From an uncultured Candidatus Saccharibacteria bacterium (lineage in GTDB: Bacteria; Patescibacteriota; Minisyncoccia; UBA6257; JACOXY01), in assembly GCA_964357615.1 (NCBI GenBank), contig CAYHMC010000004.1, forward strand, positions 25,722 to 89,721: a stretch of DNA of 64,000 nt, in the 5' to 3' direction. Below are positions 38,352 to 47,419 of this stretch, piece after piece (the first letter of the stretch is position 1; every line of letters begins with the position of its first letter). The translations under genes were made by a program, and so were the position numbers. Under the pieces are notes generated by a model, which was given only the letters and a program-made list of their open reading frames with translations, had not been told where the DNA came from and ran no database searches.

Positions 38352-38929
38352 AAGAGAGCCACGTCCTAGCTTTTGTAGGTGAGAAGCGCGCTGGCAAAGG
38401 AACTGCTGCTGATATTTATAGAAAAATATCTTATAGTCATCACAATCTACCAATAAGTCGTCATACATTTTCTGATGTTGTAAGGGAAATTTTACAAAAA
38501 CGAGATATTCCATTTGGAAGAAAAACAGCCCAAGACTTAGTGATGGAATTAATTAATGAAAATGCATCAAACGATACACTTAGCAAAATAGTGGAAGAGC
38601 GCATTTGGGCTGATCCAAATTCCCACATTATATTAGACGGCATACGACTTTGGCCTGACTATCATATGATTTGTCGATTTCCTTCTTATCATCTTGTTTA
38701 TGTTACTGCTCCGGCAAGAATTAGACACAGACGAGCCTTGCTCGACAGCGACAAAGTAGACGAAATAAATATAAGTTTTGAAGAATTTTGTGAAAAAGAA
38801 AAACACCAACTTGAATTGGATATTCCAATTATAGGAGCTAATGTTGCCGATTTTTTCATTAATAATATTGGCACTAGGGCAGAACTAGAGAGAAAAGTGA
38901 TTGAACTTAGAGAAAAAATTAAATTTTAA
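38348..38929 (+). CDS. P-loop (deoxy)nucleoside monophosphate kinase-like protein
   Basis: 'AFVGEKRAGKGTAADIY' P-loop, 193 aa. Translationally coupled to the upstream gene. Confidence 0.4.
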   Translation: MKESHVLAFVGEKRAGKGTAADIYRKISYSHHNLPISRHTFSDVVREILQKRDIPFGRKTAQDLVMELINENASNDTLSKIVEERIWADPNSHIILDGIRLWPDYHMICRFPSYHLVYVTAPARIRHRRALLDSDKVDEINISFEEFCEKEKHQLELDIPIIGANVADFFINNIGTRAELERKVIELREKIKF

Positions 38930-38955
38930 GAGTCGCATTGTGACTCTTTTTTTAA
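38928..38955. terminator. bidirectional terminator
   Basis: AAGAGTC gcattgt GACTCTT followed by TTTTTTAATT. Confidence 0.65.
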
Positions 38956-39444
38956 TTATTTAGGATGAATATACTCATATGACAATTTATTATATTCACT
39001 GGTTTTATATTCATAAATCCCGTCTTCGTGCCACAAAACAAATTTTGCAATTCCAGAATCTAATGCTAGACGACTACACACAGTGCAATATGGCTTTCCA
39101 GATTTTTTAATTTTTCCCTTACTATCAACTCTTGTAAAATAAAGAGTTGAACCTTTTATTTTCTTAGAATTTTTTTTAAGAGTATCTAAAATTGCGCGCC
39201 ATTCCGCATGCACGCAACAAGTTTTATCGTATTTTGGTTTTCCTTCTCCAAATTTTTGGTCACAAATTTTGTTCTCTTTCTTATTTAGTGGTGGAGCATT
39301 ATACCCAAAACCGATCACCTTTTTGTTTTTAACAATTACTGTTCCGCATTTAGCATTTAAGCAAAGTGATTTTTTTGCCAATCTTGCCGCTTCATTCATC
39401 CACACAATTGCATCAGCTTCTTCTTCGTTTTTTAGGTATTTCAT
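38956..39444 (-). CDS. dCMP/CMP deaminase (cytidine-deoxycytidylate deaminase family)
   Basis: Zinc motifs 'CVHAE' and 'PCTVC'. Confidence 0.75.
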   Translation of the reverse strand: MKYLKNEEEADAIVWMNEAARLAKKSLCLNAKCGTVIVKNKKVIGFGYNAPPLNKKENKICDQKFGEGKPKYDKTCCVHAEWRAILDTLKKNSKKIKGSTLYFTRVDSKGKIKKSGKPYCTVCSRLALDSGIAKFVLWHEDGIYEYKTSEYNKLSYEYIHPK

Positions 39445-39510
39445 ATTTTTAAATTTGACATCTATTTATTTTTGCATTATTGTCGACTTAGCAAATTTAA
39501 GGAGGTCACA

Positions 39511-39702
39511 ATGAGTCTGATAGGTTTTCTCTTTCTATTTTTCATATCTTCAATAATTTTTGAGATTATATCGGATCATTTAACTGGCTATAAGAAAGCT
39601 TTTAGAGATACTCACGCCTGGCATTATCGAGTAGCGCATGAATCAACTTATAAATTTGAAGGTTTTTTATTTGCTTATCTAATAATTCATTACTTTAGCT
39701 AG
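39511..39702 (+). CDS. small membrane protein
   Basis: RBS AAGGAGG 6 nt upstream of the ATG at 39511 (MSLIGFLFLFFISSIIF...). The ORF track start at 39472 is less likely. Confidence 0.4.
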   Translation: MSLIGFLFLFFISSIIFEIISDHLTGYKKAFRDTHAWHYRVAHESTYKFEGFLFAYLIIHYFS

Positions 39703-39773
39703 GCTAAATTTAACAATTCTATGCCGATAATTATTATAATTATCGGTTTTTTTATTAAAAATTCAGAATCTAA

Positions 39774-40433
39774 CTACACCAAATAATCGTTAATTTGCAC
39801 ATCTCGCAAATCGCTCACTATTAAATCAGCTGGATACTCTCTATTATCTTTTGTTCTTACAAGACCAATGCATTGCATACCGCCACGCTTTGCGCCAATC
39901 ATACCCGCAATACCATCTTCTATGACTACGCAGTTTTCTGGCAGAACTCCTAGGCGGCTAGCAGCCAATAAAAAAACATCAGGCTCTGGTTTTCCATTCT
40001 CAACCTCCATTGAACTTGCGAGAGCATTAAATGATTCTTTTATACCAAGCTCTGAAACAACGATATCAATATATTCAAGGCGTGATGCAGACGCTATTGC
40101 TATAGGCAAATTCTTAGCTTTAACGCCTTGGATAAATTCCTTTGTTCCTGGTACAGCTCTTACATTACCATGAGTAGCCTTATCTATCCGCCTGCGTTTT
40201 TCTTCTACGAGCATCTCAAGATCTGGCATAGCAACAGCAAAACTTGAAAAAACATGCGGAAACATTTGGTAGCTTGTTGTCCCAGCGTAACGATAGGTTA
40301 TTTCGTCTGGGTGAATATCAACTCCATACTCTTTTAAAAGCTCGGACTCTACGCTTGAATGAAGCGACTGAGTATCCGAGATGACACCATCCATATCAAA
40401 AATTATTGCTTTTATATTGGCTTTTAAACTCAT
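39774..40433 (-). CDS. HAD family hydrolase (beta-phosphoglucomutase-like)
   Basis: Motif I 'IIFDMDGVISDT', later 'GLVRTKD' / 'IEDGIAGM'. Confidence 0.7.
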   Translation of the reverse strand: MSLKANIKAIIFDMDGVISDTQSLHSSVESELLKEYGVDIHPDEITYRYAGTTSYQMFPHVFSSFAVAMPDLEMLVEEKRRRIDKATHGNVRAVPGTKEFIQGVKAKNLPIAIASASRLEYIDIVVSELGIKESFNALASSMEVENGKPEPDVFLLAASRLGVLPENCVVIEDGIAGMIGAKRGGMQCIGLVRTKDNREYPADLIVSDLRDVQINDYLV

Positions 40434-40434
40434 A

Positions 40435-41889
40435 TTAAATTCTGGGGAAAAGTGGTGCTATTTTTTTTGTGACTAGCTTTCCATTTGTATTATCTATTGC
40501 ATCTAATATTTTATTTGCTGAATCAGGAAGAAACGATTTAAGTAATTTTGCGACATTTTCTAATATATAGGTGGCATTATAAATTACAGTCTTGTCATTA
40601 GTTTCCCAAGGTTTATGTTCATTAATATATTTATCGCCGAAAGTAATTAATTTCCATATAGCAAAAAGGGCTTCGTGAAGTTTAAAGCTAATGATTGAAT
40701 CTTCTACGCTATTTATAGTTTCTTCAACCGCATTTGAAATATAAGATTCTTTTTTAATTTCTTCGAGGACGCCAACTTTTTCTGCTAAAGTTAAAACTCT
40801 TGCAGTATAATTTCCTAAACCATTTGCTAAATTTCCATTATAACGCGCTTCAAATTTTTCAAAAGAAAAATCACCATCTTCTCCTGATGGTATTTCACTA
40901 AGCAAAAAATAGCGTGTAGCATCAACTCCGTACTTTGTTATCACTTCAAGTGGGTCTACTACATTACCAATTGATTTTGACATTTTTTGACCATTTATAT
41001 TGAAAAAACCGTGTACTAAAATTTTTGATGGCAGTCTGATGCCAGCCGACAAAAGAAAAGCCAACCAATAAACAGCATGGAAGCGAATAATATTTTTACC
41101 AATTAAATGATTACTTTCATCAACATTTAACCAATATTTTTGAAATTTTTCTCCGTTTTCGGCGTAATCAAGAGCGCTTATATAGTTTGAAAGGGCATCA
41201 ATCCAAACATACATAATTTGCGTTTCATCTTTTGGAACTTTTATCCCCCAGTTTTTTGCACGCTCGATTGAACGAGAAACACTAAAATCTTCTAGGCCAG
41301 ATTTTATAAATGATAATATTTCATTTTTTCGAGTCTCTGGAATTATTTTAACTTGATCGCTCTCTATTATTTCTTCGAGTTGTTTTTGATAGTTTGATAA
41401 TTTAAAAAAATAATTCTCCTCACTAATCTTTTGAATTTCTTGATTTAAATGATCTGGGCAATGCTCGTCTACTAATTCCTTTGCAGTCTTAAATTCTTCA
41501 CATCCAACACAATATAATCCGCTGTATTGCTTTTTATAAATATCTCCATCTTTACACGAAAGCCAAAGCTTCTCTGCGCCCATTTTTAATCTATTCTCTA
41601 CCGAAGTTCTAATAAAATCATCATTTGAAATACTTAAAGCTTTAACCAATTTTTTGAAAATTTCTGCCTGCTCCTCCACCCATTTTTCTGTTGTAACACC
41701 AGCTTTTTCTGCCGCCTGTACATTCTTAAGAGCATTTTCATCAGTGCCAGTTAAAAAAAATACATCATCTCCTTTCTCTCGATGATATCTGGCGAGCACA
41801 TCAGCTTGCACAAATTCAAGCGCATGCCCAATATGCGGTGCTGCATTTACATATGGAATTGAAGTTGAGATATAATATTTTTTTGACAT
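40435..41889 (-). CDS. metG: methionyl-tRNA synthetase (minimal form)
   Basis: 'PYVNAAPHIGHA' HIGH motif, 'KMSKSIGNVV' KMSKS motif, and CxxC...CPDH zinc knuckle. Confidence 0.85.
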   Translation of the reverse strand: MSKKYYISTSIPYVNAAPHIGHALEFVQADVLARYHREKGDDVFFLTGTDENALKNVQAAEKAGVTTEKWVEEQAEIFKKLVKALSISNDDFIRTSVENRLKMGAEKLWLSCKDGDIYKKQYSGLYCVGCEEFKTAKELVDEHCPDHLNQEIQKISEENYFFKLSNYQKQLEEIIESDQVKIIPETRKNEILSFIKSGLEDFSVSRSIERAKNWGIKVPKDETQIMYVWIDALSNYISALDYAENGEKFQKYWLNVDESNHLIGKNIIRFHAVYWLAFLLSAGIRLPSKILVHGFFNINGQKMSKSIGNVVDPLEVITKYGVDATRYFLLSEIPSGEDGDFSFEKFEARYNGNLANGLGNYTARVLTLAEKVGVLEEIKKESYISNAVEETINSVEDSIISFKLHEALFAIWKLITFGDKYINEHKPWETNDKTVIYNATYILENVAKLLKSFLPDSANKILDAIDNTNGKLVTKKIAPLFPRI

Positions 41890-41947
41890 ATAAAACTTAG
41901 CGTATAAATATAATAGCTAATCTACAAATAAACAAGGTGCGCTAAAA

Positions 41948-43018
41948 CTAAGCCGTTTCACGATACTTGGCCTTAGTTGAGCTCCAGTCTTCAATAAACT
42001 CCTGAATGACCACGGTAGCTGGAACAGCAAGTAAAATACCAATAAAACCAATTACCTGAACACCAATAAGCATAGAAACTAGAACGGCAACCGGATGAAG
42101 TCCTATTGCTTTATTCATTAATGTTGGAATTAAGATATGACCCTCAATTTGCTGGATAATTACAAAGTATATAAGCACATAAAACGCAATCAGAGTAGGA
42201 TTTGGCACTTCAGCGCTAAAGGCGACAACAACCGCTGCAGCACCAGTAAAAAAAGGTCCTACAAAAGGAATAATTTCAAATATTGAAGCCATAAGCGCTA
42301 TAACAAAAGCATTTTCAACAAGAGTATCTGCGTTATTTAATTTACCTATGACATATAAACCAGCATATGCGAGTATACCGATAAAAAAACTAAGTCCTAT
42401 TTGTGCTTGCACCCAATAACTAATTTTTCTTCTGGCTCTAGTGATTATATCAATAACTTTATCTTCGTAAATATTTGGGATTGTCGCTCTAAAAAATTTT
42501 TCTATCCCTTTATGGTCAATCGTGAGATAAAATGCAATTGCAAAAGTTGAAATGATGAGCGAAAGATTTGCGAGTAGTGATTTTGAAAATTCAAAAGCAC
42601 CTGCTCCTCCAGTTGGAATAACACTTATAGATTGCAATTCGCTAATAATAAGATTAATAATATTACTCTGCTTAACGACATCGATTTCTAAATAATATGC
42701 GATTGCATCAAAATAACGCTCTAATAAAACTTGTGTTTTCTCTATAAGGTCTTGAATAATAAAATTTAATGACAATCCGAGAACAAGCAAAATAAATATA
42801 AATGCAAAAACAGTTCCAACAACTCTTGGAATTCTAAATTTTTCAAGTAAATTAACAACTGGATTTAAACCATAGGAAATTACAATTGCTGAAAAAACCA
42901 CAACCCAAATATCTACGGTATAATAAAATAAAGCCACCGCAGCGGCAACAAAAGAAATACGCCACAAACTTCCCCAACTTATTTCTACTCTTAAACTATT
43001 CATAATGTTAGTATGCAA
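41948..43018 (-). CDS. AI-2E family transporter (UPF0118/PerM-like)
   Basis: 356 aa with 8 TM helices and an AI-2E family-like topology and N-terminus. Confidence 0.55.
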   Translation of the reverse strand: MHTNIMNSLRVEISWGSLWRISFVAAAVALFYYTVDIWVVVFSAIVISYGLNPVVNLLEKFRIPRVVGTVFAFIFILLVLGLSLNFIIQDLIEKTQVLLERYFDAIAYYLEIDVVKQSNIINLIISELQSISVIPTGGAGAFEFSKSLLANLSLIISTFAIAFYLTIDHKGIEKFFRATIPNIYEDKVIDIITRARRKISYWVQAQIGLSFFIGILAYAGLYVIGKLNNADTLVENAFVIALMASIFEIIPFVGPFFTGAAAVVVAFSAEVPNPTLIAFYVLIYFVIIQQIEGHILIPTLMNKAIGLHPVAVLVSMLIGVQVIGFIGILLAVPATVVIQEFIEDWSSTKAKYRETA

Positions 43019-43098
43019 TAAAATGGATATACTGGCAAGTATATAACTGGGGAAATTTTATCGAAATAACTAAGAAATAATCTGCTAACGGGAAATTA

Positions 43099-44370
43099 CT
43101 AGAATGCAATCAATTTCCTAAATTCTTCTTCGTCTTTATCGGGTCCAATTAAAGCAAGGTTCATTTTGGCATCTTGAAATATATCTCGAGCAATAGCTAA
43201 AACTTCTTCCTTGGTTACTTTATTAAACTTACTTAATACTTCTTCTGGTGTTTCAATTTTATCGCCAAGAACATCTTGCATTCCATAAAATAAAGCCCAT
43301 GTCATAGAGTGCGTAAGGCCAAGGACTACTGATGAACGAACCTGGTTTTTCGCACGCTCCATTTCTTCGTCTGTTATCATCTCTTCAATTGTCTTTTTAC
43401 ACTCTTCAATAATCGCTGTTATAACGCTTTTCAATTTATCGTGATTTACACCGCAGTAAATTCCAAGATATCCATGGTCAGTATATGTATCCGGTGAAGC
43501 AGCAATATAATAGGCGGCGCCCATTTTATCGCGCACTCTCTGGAAAAGCCTAGAACTCATTCCCCCACCTAAAATTGCACTTAAAATTTGAAGTGCATAT
43601 TTTCGTTCATCGGCCCTACCATAAGCCCTGAAACCTAAAACTAAATGGGTCTGAGCTGAATCCTTTGGAACCAAAAGTAATCCTGGCTTATCTTGAGACT
43701 CATGGACAGGAAGTTTATCAGACTTTTCCCCAACGCTAACTTCAACAAAATAATTACTAATATCTTTAATAATTTTATCTTCCTCAAAACCACCAGACAC
43801 AACTACAATAGTAGATTTTGCTACATAATGTTCTTTGCGGTAATTAATCACCTCCTCTCTTTTTAATCCGGAAATTGTTGCTTTATCTCCAGAAATTGTC
43901 CAACCTGCTGGTTGGTCACCATACAACAAGCTCGGAAAAAGATCTGTGATTTTTCTTTGAGGGTCGTCTTCATACATATTTATTTCCTCAATTACCGGAC
44001 CCTTTTCTTTTTGAATTTCTTCTTCTTTAAAAATTGGATTTAAAAAAAGATCTGAGACAATTTCTAAAGCATGATCAAATTTACTTTTTTCAACTCGGGC
44101 ATAATATCCCGTATATTCTTGTGCGGTAAAAGCATTTATTTGCGCACCTAAGCTTTCAAGTTCAGAAGAAATGTCAAAAGCTGTTGGTCGTTTTTTTGTT
44201 CCTTTAAAACACATATGCTCAAGGAAATGCGATATACCGTTTATGTTTTTAGTTTCATACTTAGAACCAGCTTTAACCAAAACCAAAGCAGTTGCATCAA
44301 GTGCTTCTTTTTGTGGAATAGTTAAAATAGTAAGTCCATTATCTAAAATAGTTTTTTTGAAGTTTGGCAT
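43099..44370 (-). CDS. M16 family zinc peptidase (pitrilysin/insulinase)
   Basis: 'GISHFLEHMCFKGTKKR' HxxEH zinc motif. Confidence 0.8.
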   Translation of the reverse strand: MPNFKKTILDNGLTILTIPQKEALDATALVLVKAGSKYETKNINGISHFLEHMCFKGTKKRPTAFDISSELESLGAQINAFTAQEYTGYYARVEKSKFDHALEIVSDLFLNPIFKEEEIQKEKGPVIEEINMYEDDPQRKITDLFPSLLYGDQPAGWTISGDKATISGLKREEVINYRKEHYVAKSTIVVVSGGFEEDKIIKDISNYFVEVSVGEKSDKLPVHESQDKPGLLLVPKDSAQTHLVLGFRAYGRADERKYALQILSAILGGGMSSRLFQRVRDKMGAAYYIAASPDTYTDHGYLGIYCGVNHDKLKSVITAIIEECKKTIEEMITDEEMERAKNQVRSSVVLGLTHSMTWALFYGMQDVLGDKIETPEEVLSKFNKVTKEEVLAIARDIFQDAKMNLALIGPDKDEEEFRKLIAF

Positions 44371-44463
44371 ACTTAAGTTTTTAAAAAATTAATTAATGAT
44401 ATAAGTGTAATGTAAATTAAATAAAAAAAGAAGCCCGTAAATAGCGGGCAAATCATTAGATAA

Positions 44464-44850
44464 TTATTCCATCAGTCCAGTTGCCTCTTCGCATCCAGTC
44501 TGAACAACATCAAAAATATGAGTAAGTCGAATATCCTCTCCATGCACGCTGAAAATTGCCCCTCTATCACAAAATGAACCTGGTTCAATAATTTTTACAC
44601 AATATAGTGGTTTGTGAGTGCGCTTTTCAAAATGCAAGTCAAGAATTTCAAAAGTTCTTTTATCCCAATATCCAATTGGTATTTTAAGTCCTGCATTGAG
44701 AATTCCTTTTTTAAATGAGTGGACTTGGGGAGTGCCTTTAAATTCACAATCAAGTGCCATTCGATATGCATCTCTATCATTTCTTGAGGAGAATCTTTCT
44801 TTACAAGTGTCACAAGAGTAAACGTAGATAACTTCTTCCTTAAATGGCAT
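44464..44850 (-). CDS. hypothetical protein with CxxC
   Basis: 128 aa containing 'YSCDTCKERF'. Confidence 0.4.
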   Translation of the reverse strand: MPFKEEVIYVYSCDTCKERFSSRNDRDAYRMALDCEFKGTPQVHSFKKGILNAGLKIPIGYWDKRTFEILDLHFEKRTHKPLYCVKIIEPGSFCDRGAIFSVHGEDIRLTHIFDVVQTGCEEATGLME

Positions 44851-44997
44851 GCCTATCCTCGCAAACCCACATGGCTATTTGAAATATATCATATGAAAAA
44901 ATAAAAACAACGCTAACTAAAGCTTTTGTTGTGCGAATATTTCTATTACAATAAAGCTTTAATTTTGGTCATTTTTGAGATAAGATAATTAAGAATA

Positions 44998-45068
44998 GCC
45001 GAATTAGTTCAGTGGCAGAACACTACTTTCGTAAAGTAGAGATGTGGGTTCGATTCCCGCCTTCGGCT
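44998..45068 (+). tRNA. tRNA-Thr (anticodon CGT)
   Basis: Manual fold. Acceptor GCCGAAT/CTTCGGC with a 7:66 mismatch. D-arm GTTC-AGTGGCA-GAAC. Anticodon stem CTACT/AGTAG with loop TTCGTAA. T-arm GTGGG-TTCGATT-CCCGC. No encoded CCA. Confidence 0.75.
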
Positions 45069-45099
45069 CTAATTTATAACTTTTCTCTTATCAAGTTCT

Positions 45100-45127
45100 T
45101 TTACGAACACTAAAATCATAGTATAAT
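45100..45127 (+). promoter_or_regulatory. sigma70-like promoter (TTTACG-16-TATAAT) driving element A / znuC
   Basis: TATAAT at 45122-45127 with TTTACG 16 nt upstream. The predicted TSS is about 45134, just before the structured element. Confidence 0.5.
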
Positions 45128-45139
45128 TATTGTACATGA

Positions 45140-45261
45140 ATCCCGTTAGAAATAGCGGGCGCGACAAAAGAATATTCGAAACAGAAAAAATTTATTAATT
45201 ATATTTAATTCATTGGTACGCACAACGCCTATTGCGTCCGCGTCCTATTTCTAACGGGATG
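45140..45261 (+). promoter_or_regulatory. conserved ~122-nt structured 5' leader element, copy A (candidate cis-regulatory RNA)
   Basis: A perfect 16-bp stem pairs ATCCCGTTAGAAATAG (45140-45155) with CTATTTCTAACGGGAT (45245-45260) and includes the A and U of the start codon. It is followed by a bulge and a 6-bp GGCGCG/CGCGUC stem. An internal hairpin ACGCA-(10 nt, CGCCU)-TGCGT is present. A second copy lies at 55922-56046. Confidence 0.6.
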
Positions 45262-45984
45262 AAAAGAATCGCTAAAGAGAAGATTTTAAAAGTTAAAAAA
45301 TTGACCGTAAAGCTTTCAAACACAATCATTATTGATGAATTAAGTTTTGAAGTTGAAAAAGGAGAGCACCTTACTATCATAGGACCAAATGGTTCGGGCA
45401 AAACTACACTCTTTAAGGCTCTAATAGGCATGGTTCCTTATCAGGGAATGATAAGCTGGTCTACGGACACTAAAATCGGTTATGTTCCACAAAAACTAGA
45501 TATCGAAAGAGATTTACCTCTTTCGCTTGGTGACTTTTTAAAAGCTGCTAGTGCTGGTTTATCAAATATAAATAACCACGAGATAAGTGAGTGTTTAAGA
45601 CTGGTTCATATAGAGGATGAATTATTAAACCAACAACTTGGAACTCTCTCTGGCGGACAATTTCAAAGAGCGCTAGTTGCTTTTGCGCTTCTTGGAAATC
45701 CAGATGTATTGCTTTTTGACGAACCTACTTCTGGCGTTGATCGACCAAGTGAAGAGCAAATATATGAAACTCTACACAGAATTCAAGACGAAAAAAATGT
45801 AACCATAATAACTATCTCACACGATTTAAGCTTAGTTCACAAACATTCCGACAAAGTCTTGTGTCTTAATAAGAGGGGTATTTGTTATGGAGCTCCAGAG
45901 GCAACATTAGACCATGACACTATTGCGAAACTTTACGGCGCTGACCACCATAAATTTTTCCATCACGAACATGATAGACACTGA
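45259..45984 (+). CDS. znuC: metal (Zn/Mn) ABC transporter ATP-binding protein
   Basis: Start set at ATG 45259, which is the end of element A. The track's 45232 is a TTG inside the element. Walker A GPNGSGKTT, signature LSGGQFQR, Walker B LLFDEPTSGVD. Confidence 0.75.
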   Translation: MKRIAKEKILKVKKLTVKLSNTIIIDELSFEVEKGEHLTIIGPNGSGKTTLFKALIGMVPYQGMISWSTDTKIGYVPQKLDIERDLPLSLGDFLKAASAGLSNINNHEISECLRLVHIEDELLNQQLGTLSGGQFQRALVAFALLGNPDVLLFDEPTSGVDRPSEEQIYETLHRIQDEKNVTIITISHDLSLVHKHSDKVLCLNKRGICYGAPEATLDHDTIAKLYGADHHKFFHHEHDRH

Positions 45985-46741
45985 AATTTATAAAATAATA
46001 TTAGCACTTCTAATGTCTATAGCTTCTGGCTTAGTTGGGTCTTTTGCGTTGATGAAAAGAATGACGCTCGCAGGAGATGCCATATCACACATTGCTTTGC
46101 CTGGGTTAGCGCTTGCTATTTTATATTCAATTAATCCAGCCTTAGGAGCGGGAATTGCGCTTTTAATCGGCGCGCTTATAATCTGGAAAGTCGAGAGTAT
46201 ATCTAAACTAAACACAGAAGCAATTGTCGGCGTTCTTCTGGCTTTAAGTTTAGCTATTGGGGAATTAATGATTAAAGATGAACACGAGCTTATGGAGCTA
46301 CTTTTTGGAAATGACAGCGGAATTATATTTAGTGACTTTATTATCGGTTCCCTAATTGCGATACTCATAATTCTATTTACTATCAAAAAGAAATATGCCC
46401 TTACGCTTAGTTTAGTTTCAAAAGAACTTGCTAAAACCACAGGCATTAATAATGATGGGCTCCAACTCTCATTTTTATTAATTTTTTCTCTAACAATTTT
46501 ATTAGGATTAAAATTCTTAGGTGTATTGCTTATGGGATCACTAATAATAATTCCGGCGGCTATAGCCAGAAACATTGCAACGAATTTAAATGGTATGTTA
46601 GTGCTCTCAAGCCTCGCATCCACTGCGTCAGTCATATTAGGAATGTTGCTGGCGGAATTATTTAGTCTTTCGCTTGGTCCATCTATAGTTTGCGTCGCTG
46701 GTCTGATATTTTTTATATCATTATTTCTTAGGAAAAAATAA
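45971..46741 (+). CDS. znuB: metal ABC transporter permease (ABC-3/ZnuB-like)
   Basis: Start MIDTEIYKIILALL at 45971, overlapping the znuC end. About 8 TM helices. Confidence 0.7.
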   Translation: MIDTEIYKIILALLMSIASGLVGSFALMKRMTLAGDAISHIALPGLALAILYSINPALGAGIALLIGALIIWKVESISKLNTEAIVGVLLALSLAIGELMIKDEHELMELLFGNDSGIIFSDFIIGSLIAILIILFTIKKKYALTLSLVSKELAKTTGINNDGLQLSFLLIFSLTILLGLKFLGVLLMGSLIIIPAAIARNIATNLNGMLVLSSLASTASVILGMLLAELFSLSLGPSIVCVAGLIFFISLFLRKK

Positions 46742-46745
46742 TAAA

Positions 46746-46770
46746 AAATGCCTCGTAGGGGGCATTTTTT
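46746..46770 (+). terminator. terminator after znuB
   Basis: AATGCC tcgtaggg GGCATT followed by TTTTTATTT. Confidence 0.6.
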
Positions 46771-46804
46771 ATTTCAGATACATTCAAAATCAAGATCAAA
46801 CTTA

Positions 46805-47350
46805 TTAATTTTTAGATTTTAAATATCCTATCATTGTATCCACATCGCTTACCTCAAATGGATCTGTTGGACAATCATCCATAAATCCAGGCTCAATGAA
46901 AAATTTTTCTATTTTCCCATCAACTACAAACATGCTGTACCGCCAAGATCTTTCGCCAAAACCAAGGTCATCTTTCTTCACTAACATTCCCATGCCTTTG
47001 GTAAATAGCGTTGAGCCATCTGGTAATAATTTTACTTTATGAATATTTTGATGCTTCCCCCACTGATTCATTACATAAGCGTCATTCACTGAAATACAAT
47101 AAACTTCGTCTGCTCCAAGCGATTTTAATTCATCATATTTTTCTTCATAACCGGGCAAGTGGGTTGAACTGCAAGTTGGAGTAAAAGCACCAGGAAGTGA
47201 AAATAATACAATTTTTTTGCCTTTAAAAAGATCTGCGGATTGCACATCTTGCCATCTATATGGGTTGTCGCCACCCACACTTTCATCTCGAACTCGAGTT
47301 TTAAGTACTACATTAGGAACAATTTCTGGAATAATTGGCATTGAATTCAT
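46805..47350 (-). CDS. peroxiredoxin (Prx5-like, AhpC/TSA family)
   Basis: 'LPGAFTPTCSSTHLPGY' peroxidatic Cys motif. Confidence 0.8.
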   Translation of the reverse strand: MNSMPIIPEIVPNVVLKTRVRDESVGGDNPYRWQDVQSADLFKGKKIVLFSLPGAFTPTCSSTHLPGYEEKYDELKSLGADEVYCISVNDAYVMNQWGKHQNIHKVKLLPDGSTLFTKGMGMLVKKDDLGFGERSWRYSMFVVDGKIEKFFIEPGFMDDCPTDPFEVSDVDTMIGYLKSKN

Positions 47351-47419
47351 ATCTATTTTTATTAATTATAATAAACTCAAGTATAGTTCATTAGATAATA
47401 TTTTTCAATAAAAATGTAC

